From Aplysia californica (lineage: Eukaryota): a stretch of 64,000 nucleotides of DNA. Positions 1 to 12,700 of this stretch are shown piece after piece. Location: positions 304,072-368,071 of the forward strand of contig NW_004797520.1 in the NCBI RefSeq assembly GCF_000002075.1. The letters run 5' to 3'. The translations under genes were made by a program, and so were the position numbers. The stretch's first letter is position 1, and every line of letters starts with the position of its first letter. The notes beneath the pieces are model-generated. The model did not search any database. It was not told the DNA's origin and worked only from the letters and a program-made list of their open reading frames with translations.

Positions 1-636
1 ACCCTACAAATTAATTTCCTTTATTAGGCCTATGTCACTCGCTGGATGTCTCATTCGGCTGATGACACCAAACTGGTGCGGGTTGATTCACCACTGCTGT
101 CCTGTAAAGATAGCTGATGATCCCATGAAAAAAGGTGTTTTCTGTAATACCAAGGAAAGAGAGCTGTTTGGTACTTTTACCATGGACCTCTCACTTCTCT
201 CACTAACCTCTACTTCGCAACGTTAACGCCCACCTGTTGCTTCCTCTACACTTGTGACCAACTTGTATTTCTTAAAGGAGAAGAGTTTCACAATACATAT
301 GTACTGTACTGTAAACACTACAAAGCAAGACTGTTTGCGCACCCAGACTTGCAATTTCGTTTTATATTTCATTGTCATTTCAACAATCAACCTTTTGAAT
401 ATTATGTTGACATCAAAACATAATTCTTATATACGTCAACATTTTGTGTAACTCCTGATAACAGCCTCTTTTTAAAAAGAGGGTTTTTTCCACGGTGAAC
501 GTATTTATTCAACCTTGACAGAGCCCCACGCCAGCTGCTGCGCCTGTTGTGAGTAAAGGAATCGGTGCTCACATTCAGAGAGCCACCCGCAGGTGCTGTG
601 CTCACTATCAGACCGAGGCTCAGAGAATGCACTAAT

Positions 637-743
637 ATGGCGGCGATCAGAACGAGTGGAGTGATGTCGCCGTCAAGTATACTCGTCATTTTTCTGTGTT
701 TCTTGCAATTTTCAGGAGGAAAAGAAACCCCAGATCTGAAAGA
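637..743 (+). CDS. CACNA2D: alpha2delta exon 1 (signal peptide)
   Basis: [35 protein letters not shown], donor GTGAGC, phase 2. Confidence 0.85.
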
Positions 744-3700
744 GTGAGCGCGCAACTTACCATTCTTTTGTTGATAAAAGTAAACGCGCATCGCCCAACT
801 CGCGGGCGTTTGGTTTGCACCGACTGTCGTACTCTAGCTAAAGTAAAAGAATAAAATAAAATAGATCTACTGGGTGATGAGGAGTACGTTTCTCTAGTGT
901 GTATCTCTTCATGAAAACGCACAACATAGAGTTTGGAATAATGTTTTATCCTTAGTAGGGTTTGGTAGCGGAGCAATGATTTATGCGTAAGCATGAATCG
1001 TGTCACATCTGATATTATTATTTTTCAATTATATTGACAGTTAAAATGGAATGCATTTTATTCGGGAGTAAATATCGTGGGTTTTATTATCTTGTAAATG
1101 TTTTCTCATGATTCTCTAGACCCAAGAAATGGATCCATCGTTCCAAATTTGGTTTTATTTCTGGTTGTTACAGAGTGGCTTATAAATTAGTTGGTCTATG
1201 CACTGATCTAAGTTATTTATTGTTTTAGATTTTATAATGTTAGGCCCTACTGGTAGGACGACCAACTTCTAAAGTTGTTTTTTTTCTCAGACAACTGGTA
1301 AATATCAGTGTAACTAGATTCTAGATCTATACTGGCTTAAGTTTTATCTCTATTATCAATTTTTGTGGAAAGAATTTCTGAAAGGTAAGCTTACATTAGC
1401 TTGGCTGACTGTTGTTTTTTTTTTTTTTAAATGAGAAAGATTGAAGGAATTAATGCAGAAATTTTTTATTCGTGCAAAATGAAAGATCTTTTTCTAGCTC
1501 ACACACTCTTGCACATTAGGCTACAATAACTGAGAAAGAAATAATAATCGTGAAGGTTTGGTGTTTTTTTTTGTATGCCTTCCAAATTAAATAAAAGAAT
1601 CAAAACTGAAAAGCTTACAAAAATCAACTGAAGGCAGATACTCATTCAACATTGTGCATGTTGACAGTATTGACAGACATGTAGTTTTTAGGAGAATCTT
1701 TCAACTTACAAGTAGTTGTGTATCTCTTCATTATATTCTAATTGAATACATATTTCTTTTTAATGGGTTTTTTTCAGTTTCTTCTTAACTTTTTTTTTGG
1801 TCCCATGTTCTGATTTTGGAGCCGATATTTGTAGGTTGCATAAAAATGTATATATGACTATATTTATGATAAATACCTGCTTGTGTCTGTTTCAGTGTGG
1901 AGGACTGGGCCAAAGAAGTTGACGACAAGCTGTGGAATTTCAACTATTTAGTGGATGTTGTGAGAGCTGTAAGTTTCGCAATAAGAAAATTTGGGAGGAC
2001 TTCTGTAACGAGCGACCACTATGAGACAGAGCAGAATTGAGGGCTTGGGGTAGGGGTAAGGTTAGGGTTAGGGGTAGGGGTAGGGGTAGGGGTAAGGGTA
2101 GGGGTAGGGGTAGGGGTAGGTCTAGGCCTCTTCTTTATTGTGTTTGATGGGGTGGTCGCTCGTTATGGAAGTCCTTCCGAAAATTTCTTGTTATAGCTGC
2201 GTTACAATTGCCCATTCAGTTTCTGCGGGTTTCCAGATAGAACTGTTTTTGTAATAAAGACACCAGGGGGCATCTTTATAGTTTCGTTTTTTGTTTCTTT
2301 ATTTCTTTCTTAGTTTTTGACTGAAAAATCATTTAAGTGCCGTCATTGTTCTGATTAGGAAGATCTCTTTTTCTTTAATAAAATTGTTCTCTCAAAACTA
2401 CTAAAAGCACGCAAAAAAACCCCAAATGACTTTAGCTCTTGTGGAATGATGCTGGTGATTGTGTTTAATTCAGCGAGATAATGATTAATGCTTACTGCTT
2501 TACTTAAAACTTACTTGCCATCCTTTGATTCAGTGTCATGAAGTGACAGTCACTGCTTTTCTGTAGCTCTGATGTTGCTTAGAGAACTGTTCGGACATGG
2601 AGTGAAAAAACCCCACAATTTAAGGAAAAAAAGGAATAGGTTTTGCTTTTTTAAAGAATAATAGGGCTGTTCGTTTTCTTGTTTTTTGTTTTTAAAAAAT
2701 AAAATAATTTTAATATGTTTGTCATGACTCATATTTCTATAATGAAAGAATGATAGTGAAATATTTGTTGATTTATAAAGAAGGTTGTTGGTGCTAAATT
2801 GTTTCAATTGTTTGTATTTCTGATTTACTTGGGAAAAAAACTTAGGTGTGGAAGTCTGAATGTTTTTTGTTCTTCAATTAATTTGCTTTTTCAGACTTAC
2901 AAAGAAAAAAGCACGGACGCGAATCCAGACCCAGGCATTCGCATGCAGTATGAGAAAGTTAACGAAGAAGAAATGGTTCAGACGATGGCAGACAGCCTTG
3001 CCCAAATGTTGAAGAAAAAAATGGATGCTTTGAAGGTATGATCGACACACCCTCAGCCTGTTCAGGCATGAATAGAAAGTTATAACATTGAAATTGCCCC
3101 AAGGTGTATTTCTTTTCCTTTGCATTTTGTCTAATTTGTTGTAAAAATTACGAGTTTTTTGGGGTTTTTTTGGTATTGCCATGGAAATTAAATCATTATG
3201 AAAAGCTTAACTATTTGCTTGGAGGCCTCAAATCGGACAAAGTACAGACACATATTGATGGTAACAGTCGCAAACCATGTTAGTCGGAAATTACGACTTT
3301 CAAGGAAAATAGTTTGTGAGTTATGAGTATGCGGGGAAATGAATATATTAAATGCATTTTGTGCCCGTGATGTATTTTGTAATTTTCGCTCTATTAACTC
3401 GCAATATGATGCAAGAGGCTTTCGAAGCGATCTTCTTTATCAAAAAAAGAACTTGATCTAATTTGTACTTGGACAGTTTGTGACAGTTATCGTCAATGTA
3501 AAATTTATGCTACTGAAATTTGGGGCTTGAATGGTAGTTTGTTAAGCTGTTTGATTCCCCTCTTAAATTGTCACGTTTGGGTTTTAGAAAATGAAAGGTA
3601 GAATTAGTGTACAGTAAACTTAATACTCTTACCTAAGGTTAATTCTTCAGTTTTGGTTCCACATGAGAAAAGAATATTGTCTTTGTGACTTTGTTTACTG

Positions 3701-6700
3701 AAGGTTTCAAAGGCTTTTATTATGATAAAAGTTTTATTCTAATAAAGATTGAGATGAATTTGTGCTGTTTTAAAAATGTATTGCCAATGTAATACTTTAT
3801 TTTCAGACTAATTAGATTAGTTGAATTTTGCATATATATCAAAGGGTATGAAGGATGATGTATGGCCACATGAATAAACCACTGGTCAAAGATCCAATCA
3901 ATGAGTTGAGGAGGGGAGATCAATCCATAATCTTCCAAATTAGAACACAACATGTACCCCTCAACCAACATCTCAACCAAATTGGAGTAAAGCAGTCTGC
4001 TGCCTGCCCACTATGTGACTACCCCTCAGAGACAGTGGAACATCATCTGTTCTTCTGTAGAAAACTAACTGATTTATGTTTTCTTCCCAAGCTACCCCAC
4101 ACATCTAATTGCCTCTAATCCTCAAGACTACAATTAGAACAGACATGCAGCTATTACCGAATAGCATCATGCAGAAGAGTTAACGCTCAGATGCTACTGG
4201 ATCGCTAACAACAACAACAACAATCAAAGGGTATTCTAAAATGTTTCAAGTTTTTTTATCACTTCTATAAACATGTGTGAGGTGGAAACCAATCTGTTCT
4301 TTTTGTTACTTAATAATGATGATGACAAATTTTTACTTTTTCAGCTGTCTGTTGAGAAAGCTGAAGAAGTGGCAGCTAATTATGAGTGGAACAAAAACCT
4401 GGTGGTAAGGCTTGTATTGTATTCTTTTTCAATGCTGTGTACGTTATCGGTGCTTTGTTGTGTAGGTTTTGCATTACAAAAATCTATAAGATGCAATGGA
4501 CTAATTCTGTGTTCAGGCTGATCTTTCTCCTCAGACAGGCCCGTGCACAAGTGCAATCGACACATATTCTTGCATTCTGCCTCTTTGTCTTTAAAGAAAT
4601 TTAACCATTTCATTCCAAAAGAAGTAACTAGACCTAGGCCTACAGATTATGCATTTAATGGGAAAAGTCAAGGAGACATTAGTCTTCCTGAATATAACCT
4701 GTAACGTTAAGAGCATGATTTTCAATTAATGTAAAATATTAGTTTGAGATTGTTAAACATTCATTATATAAATCAAGTAACTATGTACTGAAGCTTATTG
4801 GGAGGAGCACTCATAACTTCAGTGACGGTCACTTTACCTCAGCTGTGGGAGGCTATATGTATGTTCTATTCAGCAAGCCATTTTAGGAGATGGGGTATTC
4901 AATTGCTGTTTAGTTCTGCCTTTTGCTGCGATGTAATGATGGATTCGAAATTATTATATCTGAAGTAGAATTTACAATTGATTTTTTGTATTTCTGTTGC
5001 TATATTTTACAGAAAGATAATGTTCATTATGTGAACGCTAAAGAAATTCTAAGCAACGGGCTGGAACTGACGTATGATGAACGTTTTGGAAAAGGCGTTA
5101 ACTTGAACACTTCAAGTGTGCACATACCTGTGGAAATATATGACGGAAGTAAGTTAAATTCTTGATGTTATTTTTGTTGTATACAATTGCCTTAGAAGTG
5201 GTTTTTGAGCTTTGAATGAGCGGAACTTTGCTGTAATAATAAATGATCACTAAGAATGTTTGCTTTTTATTGCTGGTGTTTGCATATATAGTGACTGAGG
5301 CATTTTAGTACTGATATTTATGTATTGAATAACTGGAGCATTTTATTACTGATATTTATGTATTGAATAATTGGAGCATTTTATTACTGATATTTATGTA
5401 TTGAATAACTGGAGCATTTTATTACTGATATTTATGTATTGAATAACTGGAGCATTTTAGTACTGATATTTATGTATTGAATAACTGGAGCATTTTATTA
5501 CTGATATTTATGTATTGAATAACTGGAGCATTTTATTACTGATATTTATGTATTGAATAACTGGAGCATTTTATTACTGATATTTATGTATTGAATAACT
5601 GGAGCATTTTATTACTGATATTTATGTATTGAATAACTGGAGCATTTTATTACTGATATTTATGTATTGAATGACTGGAGCATTTTATTGGTGATGTTTA
5701 CATATTGAATGACCGGAGCATTTTTTGTACAGATATTTACATGTTGGAACCACTGGAGCATTTTTTGTACAGATATTTACATGTTGGAACCACTGGAGCA
5801 TTTTTTGTACAGATATTTACATGTTGGAACCACTGGAACATTTTTTGTACAGATATTTACATGTTGGAACCACTGGAGCATTTTTTGTACAGATATTTAC
5901 ATGTTGGAACCACTGGAGCATTCCTCTGTCATTCTTGAACCCTCCAAATAGTTGTGTTTTTATTGCAGATAATGACATATATCATATAGAACGGATTGAA
6001 TGTTCCACCGTCAATCATAACTGCTCAAAATATTTACTTCTTATCGCACATATTGACTTGACATATTGAATGGCTTGAACATTCCTCTGTTATATTCCAC
6101 TGCTAAATATGTTTGTACCCCTCGGAGCAGTGCTACTGACTGAAGTGTTTTTAGGCCATTCCCAAAGGGGGACATTAACATGTTCTTGTGGCTCATATGA
6201 TCTTATGCAGGTGCGAGTGCTGTAAAGACTCTACTAAAACTAAACTTAAAAATGTTTGTGTATATCTACTACAAGTATTGACATATTGAACGGCTTGAAC
6301 AATGTTTGTGTATATCTGCTGCAGATATTGATATATTGAACGGCTTGAACTGGTCTGCGGCCCTGGAGAAACAGTTTGAGCTGAACTACAAGGCTGATCC
6401 GGAGATCCAGTGGCAGTACTTTGGTTCCCAGACAGGCTTCATGAGGACATATCCTGGTTTGTTCAGTCGTTCGTGTATTCAGTAGAGAAAATATTTTTTT
6501 GCTTGTGCTTGGAAAAAAAAAGAGGGGAATAAAATGGCTTGATTTCTAAATGTCGTAATTACACAATGCCATGACAGACATTAGGCTCCCTAATGAAAAT
6601 GAAGTTTATCCACTCAAAACGCTTCAAGAAAATCCGTTTTTTGTCTCTCCTGTAAAATTTGAAAAAACGCGACTTACCATAGTTTACTTGGCAGCCCTCG

Positions 6701-9700
6701 ATATGTAAGTTTCTGAAAATGTAGTTGCTGTAGCTGCTTATGATCTCTTTGAAACTTTTTTTCACTGACTGTTGTATACACAAGTTATGAGTGATTGGTT
6801 TGGAATTGTTCCCTTTTTTAGACTGGTCACTTTTATTTTATTTTACTGGTAAAATGGAATAGAAAATTAATCTGAAGCTCGAATAGATGGTTATGAATTC
6901 TTGGGTTTATTTTTTTTTATTATCTGAAACTTTTTACTGATTATTAAATAGCATATTATGTGTAATAAGTGTTTTCAAATGGGTAAATCAAATTTGTCTT
7001 ATTTAGTTGGCTTGAAATTAGGCGTACAACTCTGTTGGAAGTAATCCTGATTTCGTGTGGTCGAGGAAAACAAATAGGTCAGCGGAGAATGAAAGTTTTC
7101 TTCCTGTTTCTATTTGATTGTAAAGAAATGCTGATAAGTTCCTTTATCTGTCTAATTTCTCGCAGCGACCCAGTGGCCTGGAAATGGAGTGGATCTTTAC
7201 GATGTGAGGAGACAATCTTGGTAAGTAATTGACTTCGAAAGTTGAGAAGGCAAAGAGCCGTTAGTTATTCTTCAGTTCAGCATCATTATCACTACTATCA
7301 TTTGTATTTTATCATCATCATCATCGTTATCTTCATCTAGTATAAGGCTCTAAGTATATTGACAATGGAGCGGAAAAAGAGCCTCGCTCTCGCTCTCGCT
7401 CAAAGATTTCTTCGTGGAGTCCACCAGGCCCTTTAAGGNNNNNNNNNNNNNNNNNNNNNNNNNNNNNNNNNNNNNNNNNNNNNNNNNNNNNNNNNNNNNN
7501 NNNNNNNNNNNNNNNNNNNNNNNNNNNNNNNNNNNNNNNNNNNNNNNNNNNNNNNNNNNNNNNNNNNNNNNNNNNNNNNNNNNNNNNNNNNNNNNNNNNN
7601 NNNNNNNNNNNNNNNNNNNNNNNNNNNNNNNNNNNNNNNNNNNNGTCTTGACACACACTTCAAGCTGCTGATGAGACTTCTTAAATTTCTAGTGCTTCAT
7701 GACAGGGTGAAATTGTGCTGATGATAAAGTGTAATATGTTCTATGATGAGACCTCTATATTTTTCTTAAAGAGAAGATAAGATAAGATAAGATACATCTT
7801 TATTGTCCAGATCATGGATGATGGTAAAAATGACTTTCTGTATCTTTCTTTGTTACAGATCAGAAGCCCAGGTCTTTTACTTCTGACTGATGTTTTTATT
7901 TGAGAGAACAAGGGATGTTTACTGTCCAAAGAGATGGAATTAATTTTTTTTTAGTGCAACCTGTAATGTACAATTCATCCAAGTTACAACTTTGTTAGTA
8001 TTCACCTGACTCCAGAGTTCTGTTGCTGACATGACCTATTTTTCACCGGTGCTCTCACTTCACTCGACAGGTACACGCAGGGCTCCAGCTCTCCCAAGGA
8101 CATGATGATCCTGATTGACACGTACGTTGTTTGTGCACCAATCTGTAAATGACTTGGTTGCTTTTAAAGACAAGCGGGCTAACCCAGATTTCGGGGGTTT
8201 TCGAGAAATCTTGACCAACACCAAAAGTGGGCATTGCCCTACCTTTAGGAGAAGTTTGGTTTCATTGGTGTGTATATTTGTTTTGGTTATAGAGAAAACT
8301 CTCCTTGTCTTTTAAAGAAATTGAATAAGGATCCAAAAATTTTACCATCGATTTTCTCAAAACAGCATTTTTCGGGATAGTCCCCTTGTGCTTAAAAGCG
8401 ACCATTTACGTTCTAAAGATTGTTTAGTGGGTAGTTGCTGGGTGCTGTGGTAAGGTTTGCTCCATCTTTCTTGTAAAAATCTATCATCCTTAGCTCTTTT
8501 TCTTTCTTTTTTTTTGGTATGTTTCTTTCTAATCTTTGGCACCTTAATGATCTGTTTGTGGTGCAAGTGCTGTAAAACTTTTACTAAAACTAAAATTTAA
8601 TCACTTTTTGTTCTCACTGTAACAGAGGTAAGGAGCTTTCAAATGCTAAAGGCTGAGCAGCTTTCAATGTCCAACATGTCTACCAGATGAATAAATGAGT
8701 AGTTTCTGTTTGGTGAAACCTAATGGACAGTAATGTTTGCAGGACTAGCCCAGTAGTTGTCTGCCCCTTAACTCTTTTATCTCCGACAAGCCGGGACTAG
8801 CCCAGTAGTTGTCTGCCCCTTAACTCTTTTATCTCCGACAAGCCGGGACTAGCCCAGTAGTTGTCTGCCCCTTAACTCTTTTATCTCCGGCAAGCCGCTT
8901 GCGGTCGGGCACATTCCTTTACCATTTTGAATTTAAATTATTTTTTGGCAATTGCCCAAAACAGGTCTCTTTTTATCGGGATTTCATCATGTTTTGATTT
9001 AAGTTCACTTGTTTTGATTTATTGACCCATTTAGTGGCTTTTTTGTCATTTTTAGATTTAATACGGTAGTGGGTTTGCCCTCTCGGAGATATAGAGTTGA
9101 ACAGTCTGATCTCCACTCAGTGGTTGATATGTTGTGACTGATTGTTGTGAACTTTGAAATGTGTGAGTTAAACAGTCTCACACCCCCCAGGGTAGCTCTA
9201 CTGACTGAAGTGTCTTTAGGCCATTCTCAAAGGGGGGACATTAACATGTTCTTATGCACAGTAGAATTCAGATGGGCTGATTCTTCAATGTCATGATCAT
9301 AACTGCCTGAACTGCAACAGGGAACTGCTGCTTTTTCTATCTTAATCCTTACTATCGTCATTTTTCCTCTACTTCTTTTGTATGTTTGTCACACTCTTGT
9401 GACCCGCTATTTCTGGGGTGCCTTGATAGTCGAAGCAGACTTTATGCTGTTGAAACTGGAGAGGTGAGCAGCGTGAGCATGATTTCCTGTAAGGACTTCT
9501 CTGTTGACATCCACCCCTTGGCGCTGATTGTTGTGAACTTTGAGATGTGTGAGTTAACTGATTGTGAACTTTGAGATGTGTGAATTAACTGATTGTGAAC
9601 TTTGCTGTTGGCAGGAGTGGCAGCACACACGGCCAGTCGCTGCAGCTGATGCAGAACGCGGTCAAGTCCATTCTGGATACGCTAGGGGAGAACGATTTTG

Positions 9701-12700
9701 TCAATATTGTTTCAGTAAGTAGTTGTCTTTGGAAACTTTGTTCAGTAAGTAGTTGTCTTTGGAGACTTTGTTCAGTAAGTAGTTGTCTTTGGAAACTTTG
9801 TTTACTCGGACCACTTGTCTAGACTTTGGAGAGATCTGAAGGAAATATTATAAATGCAAGAAATTGCATGCAAGACATTTTTTCCGTCGTTGGTCCCAAC
9901 AGAATTTTGAATTTTATGAAGGCCATTGGCCTTTATGGCAACTTGTAAAGTGAAACAATATTGTTAAAAAATTGTTTTTGTTATTTATACAAGTTGTTTT
10001 AAATCGTCAATATATTTACACCGAATTTTAGTATTTTAGCATTTTAAAGTCTAATTGTCGACCAACCGTGCAGTGAACTGTTGCGAATGCTACCAACTTG
10101 TGTTTCACAGTTGCGAGCGCCGTAAAACCCTATACTGTACTATACTTGGAAGGTTTGGATTATTTTTGTGTGGAGGGAAGGGCAGTGCTGGTAGGTCCTC
10201 CCTTTTTATTTTTTTAGATTTGTCATTTTTGTCCATTGCTTCATACTTTTCCTGCGCTAAATGGCCACAATTATGTTGATGTGCTTCTGTTGAAAGCTCG
10301 GAAGATGATAAAGTGTCTGTTCATCGTGTAATTAGATGGTGAAGTCATGACTTACACATATATGCATTTGGGTGGTTTGTGGCTGTTCTGGTGCTCCTTC
10401 TGTCCTGTCAAACGTCTGTCTTCCTTATCTCTCCTCCTTCTGTCCTATCAAACGTCTGTCTTCCTTATCTCTCCTCTTTCTGTCTTATCAAACGTCTGTC
10501 TTCCTTATCTCTCCTCCTTCTGTCCTATCAAACGTCTGTCTTCCTTATCTCTCCTTCTGTCCTATCAAACGTCTGTCTTCCTTATCTCTCCTCCTTCTGT
10601 CCTATCAAACGTCTGTCTTCCTTATCTCTCCTCCTTCTGTCCTATCAAACATCTGTCTTCCTTATCTCTCCTCCTTCTGTCCTATCAAACGTCTGTCTTC
10701 CTTATCTCTCCTCCATTTCTTTGTATGCTAATCTCTTGTAACACCTCTTGTCTTCAGCACTTACATGACCTGTTTGTCATGGAAGTTCCGTGAAACTTTT
10801 ACTGAACTAAAACTTGCAGCTTTCAGGGTTGATGGTTTTTCCTTCCTCAACTTAAGATGCGTGTCTATGGTAATGAATGACTTAAATAATCAAGTCTAGC
10901 TCTTTTTTTTAAAATGCGCATAAAAATGTGAGAGGGGAGAGACCCAGCACATCTCACATGGCAGGTAGTGAAGGAATTTTCTTGCATTCTTTCCTCTTCA
11001 TTGTTTTTTGTGACCCTCCAGAATTTGAACATCAAAAATGGAAGAAGAAATTTTTCTTACGTTCAAGATGCATTTTAATTTTGTAATTCCACAGTTTGCA
11101 GAAAAAGCGACATTTGTCAGCAAATGCTTGAACCATACGGCCTTTGTGCAAGCTAACTACAGAAACAAGAAGGTAAAGTTAAATTTCGTTGGTGGTTGGT
11201 GGGTGCTCTGGGGTGGTTTGCTTCTTTTTTCCTATGAAACATCTATGGTCTTTATCTCCCCTCCTTTTTTTTTGGTGTTTGTTACTCTCATGTGACACCT
11301 CTAATCTTCGGCACTTGTATGACCTTATTGTGGGGCAAGTGTCGTAAAACTTTTACTAAAACTAAATTTAAATTGTACTCAGTGCATTATATAAATTTAC
11401 GGAATGCCTCGTTCACTGAGTATCTTTCTTTTACTTTGTAGCTGGTAACACAGCCTTTTTTTCTAGATTGACAGGAGATGTGTTTTAGTTGTGTGGGTTT
11501 TTTTCTTTCAGTTGCTATCTTTCCGTGGTTGTTGTCCTTGTACGACTTCATCTGGAATGAGGGGTTCACAGGAAAAACGGGCATAGTCACAAGATGGAAA
11601 TTGGAAGGCTTTCAATTTTTAAAAGGATGTGTCGCTGAAATTTCAATCAATCTTGTTTAGAGTCACTTTTTGGGTTCTGAAAAATTTTAATGTGTCCCAC
11701 ACGCTCATATATGACCTTATGCAGTTGCGAGCACCGTAAAACACTTACCAAAAATATAAAGAAAACTTCTTTGGGTGGATTGTTCTTTATACTCGTAGTA
11801 TACATTTGGTTGTTGGTTGTTCTGTTGTGCTTGATTTCACCGTCTGTATTTCACCAGTTGTAAGGGAGCATGTTATTCTGTCACCTAGGGATATTTTTCT
11901 CCCTGTAAAAGAACAATCTACCCAGAAAGCGAAGATAGACAAGATGTCCTGAAACTTTTCAGGCCGGCTGAAAGGTGTTCGAATCCCTGACTTCTTTAGA
12001 GATGCCCAAACTCCTTAACTTTAATGATCACTAATGTTTGAAATTAAATTGCCTTCGCTAGTTTTCATTTGAAAAAGAGCAGCTTTACTTATTAAATCAT
12101 GTTTGCACTGAAAGTGCAACTTTTTGATTGCTTATCCATGGATCATATTTGATTTTTAAACTGCTTCTGTCTTCGCAGCAACTGGAAAGAGACGTCGACC
12201 GTCTCAAAGCGCTCGGACAAGCAGACTTCAGCGAAGCTATCAAATTTGCCTTTGAAAAGTTCATTGAGGTCAGTGAAGCTGGTTGCTACATGTAAGAGTA
12301 ATGGTGTTTCTGTCAGTATCGTGGGCTCGTCTGGAAGGGGAAAAAACGGTTTATGCTCTGTAATGGTTTTCCCCTTACACGGGGTGCCCGCCCATTACGG
12401 CTGGATTGGGCATATCACCCGACTCGGTCGCCTGAAACTGAAAACAAACGCGTTATTTGTTTTTTTAGGCGACCGAATCTGGCGATCGGCCGGACCCAAC
12501 GATCCCATCCGTAATGGGCACCCCGTATTTCCTATCACACATTTATTATCCTTATCTCCCCTTTCTTCCTGTTACTCTCTAGTAAAACCTCTAATCTTAG
12601 GCACTGGTATCGCCTATTTGTGTTGCTAGTGCTTATAAGCTCTTATTGAAAAAGCTCTTATTGAAACTAATACATAGGTGGTTGGTGGGTGCTCTGGTGT

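Noticed and set aside
402-1006. Minus-strand ORFs of 129 and 106 aa over exon 1
   Set aside because: No recognisable motifs; antisense shadow of the GC-richer first exon region.
2047-2120. Interstitial telomere
   Set aside because: Mostly GGGGTA with only about two TTAGGG units, enclosed in an inverted-repeat element.
5297-5920. CRISPR-like regular repeats
   Set aside because: Head-to-tail units without unique spacers, in a eukaryotic intron.
5705-6069. Overlapping repetitive ORFs (also 10347-10793, 22432-23082, 42548-42805, 54714-55539, 56272-57037)
   Set aside because: Translations of minisatellites or of N gaps, open in several frames at once.
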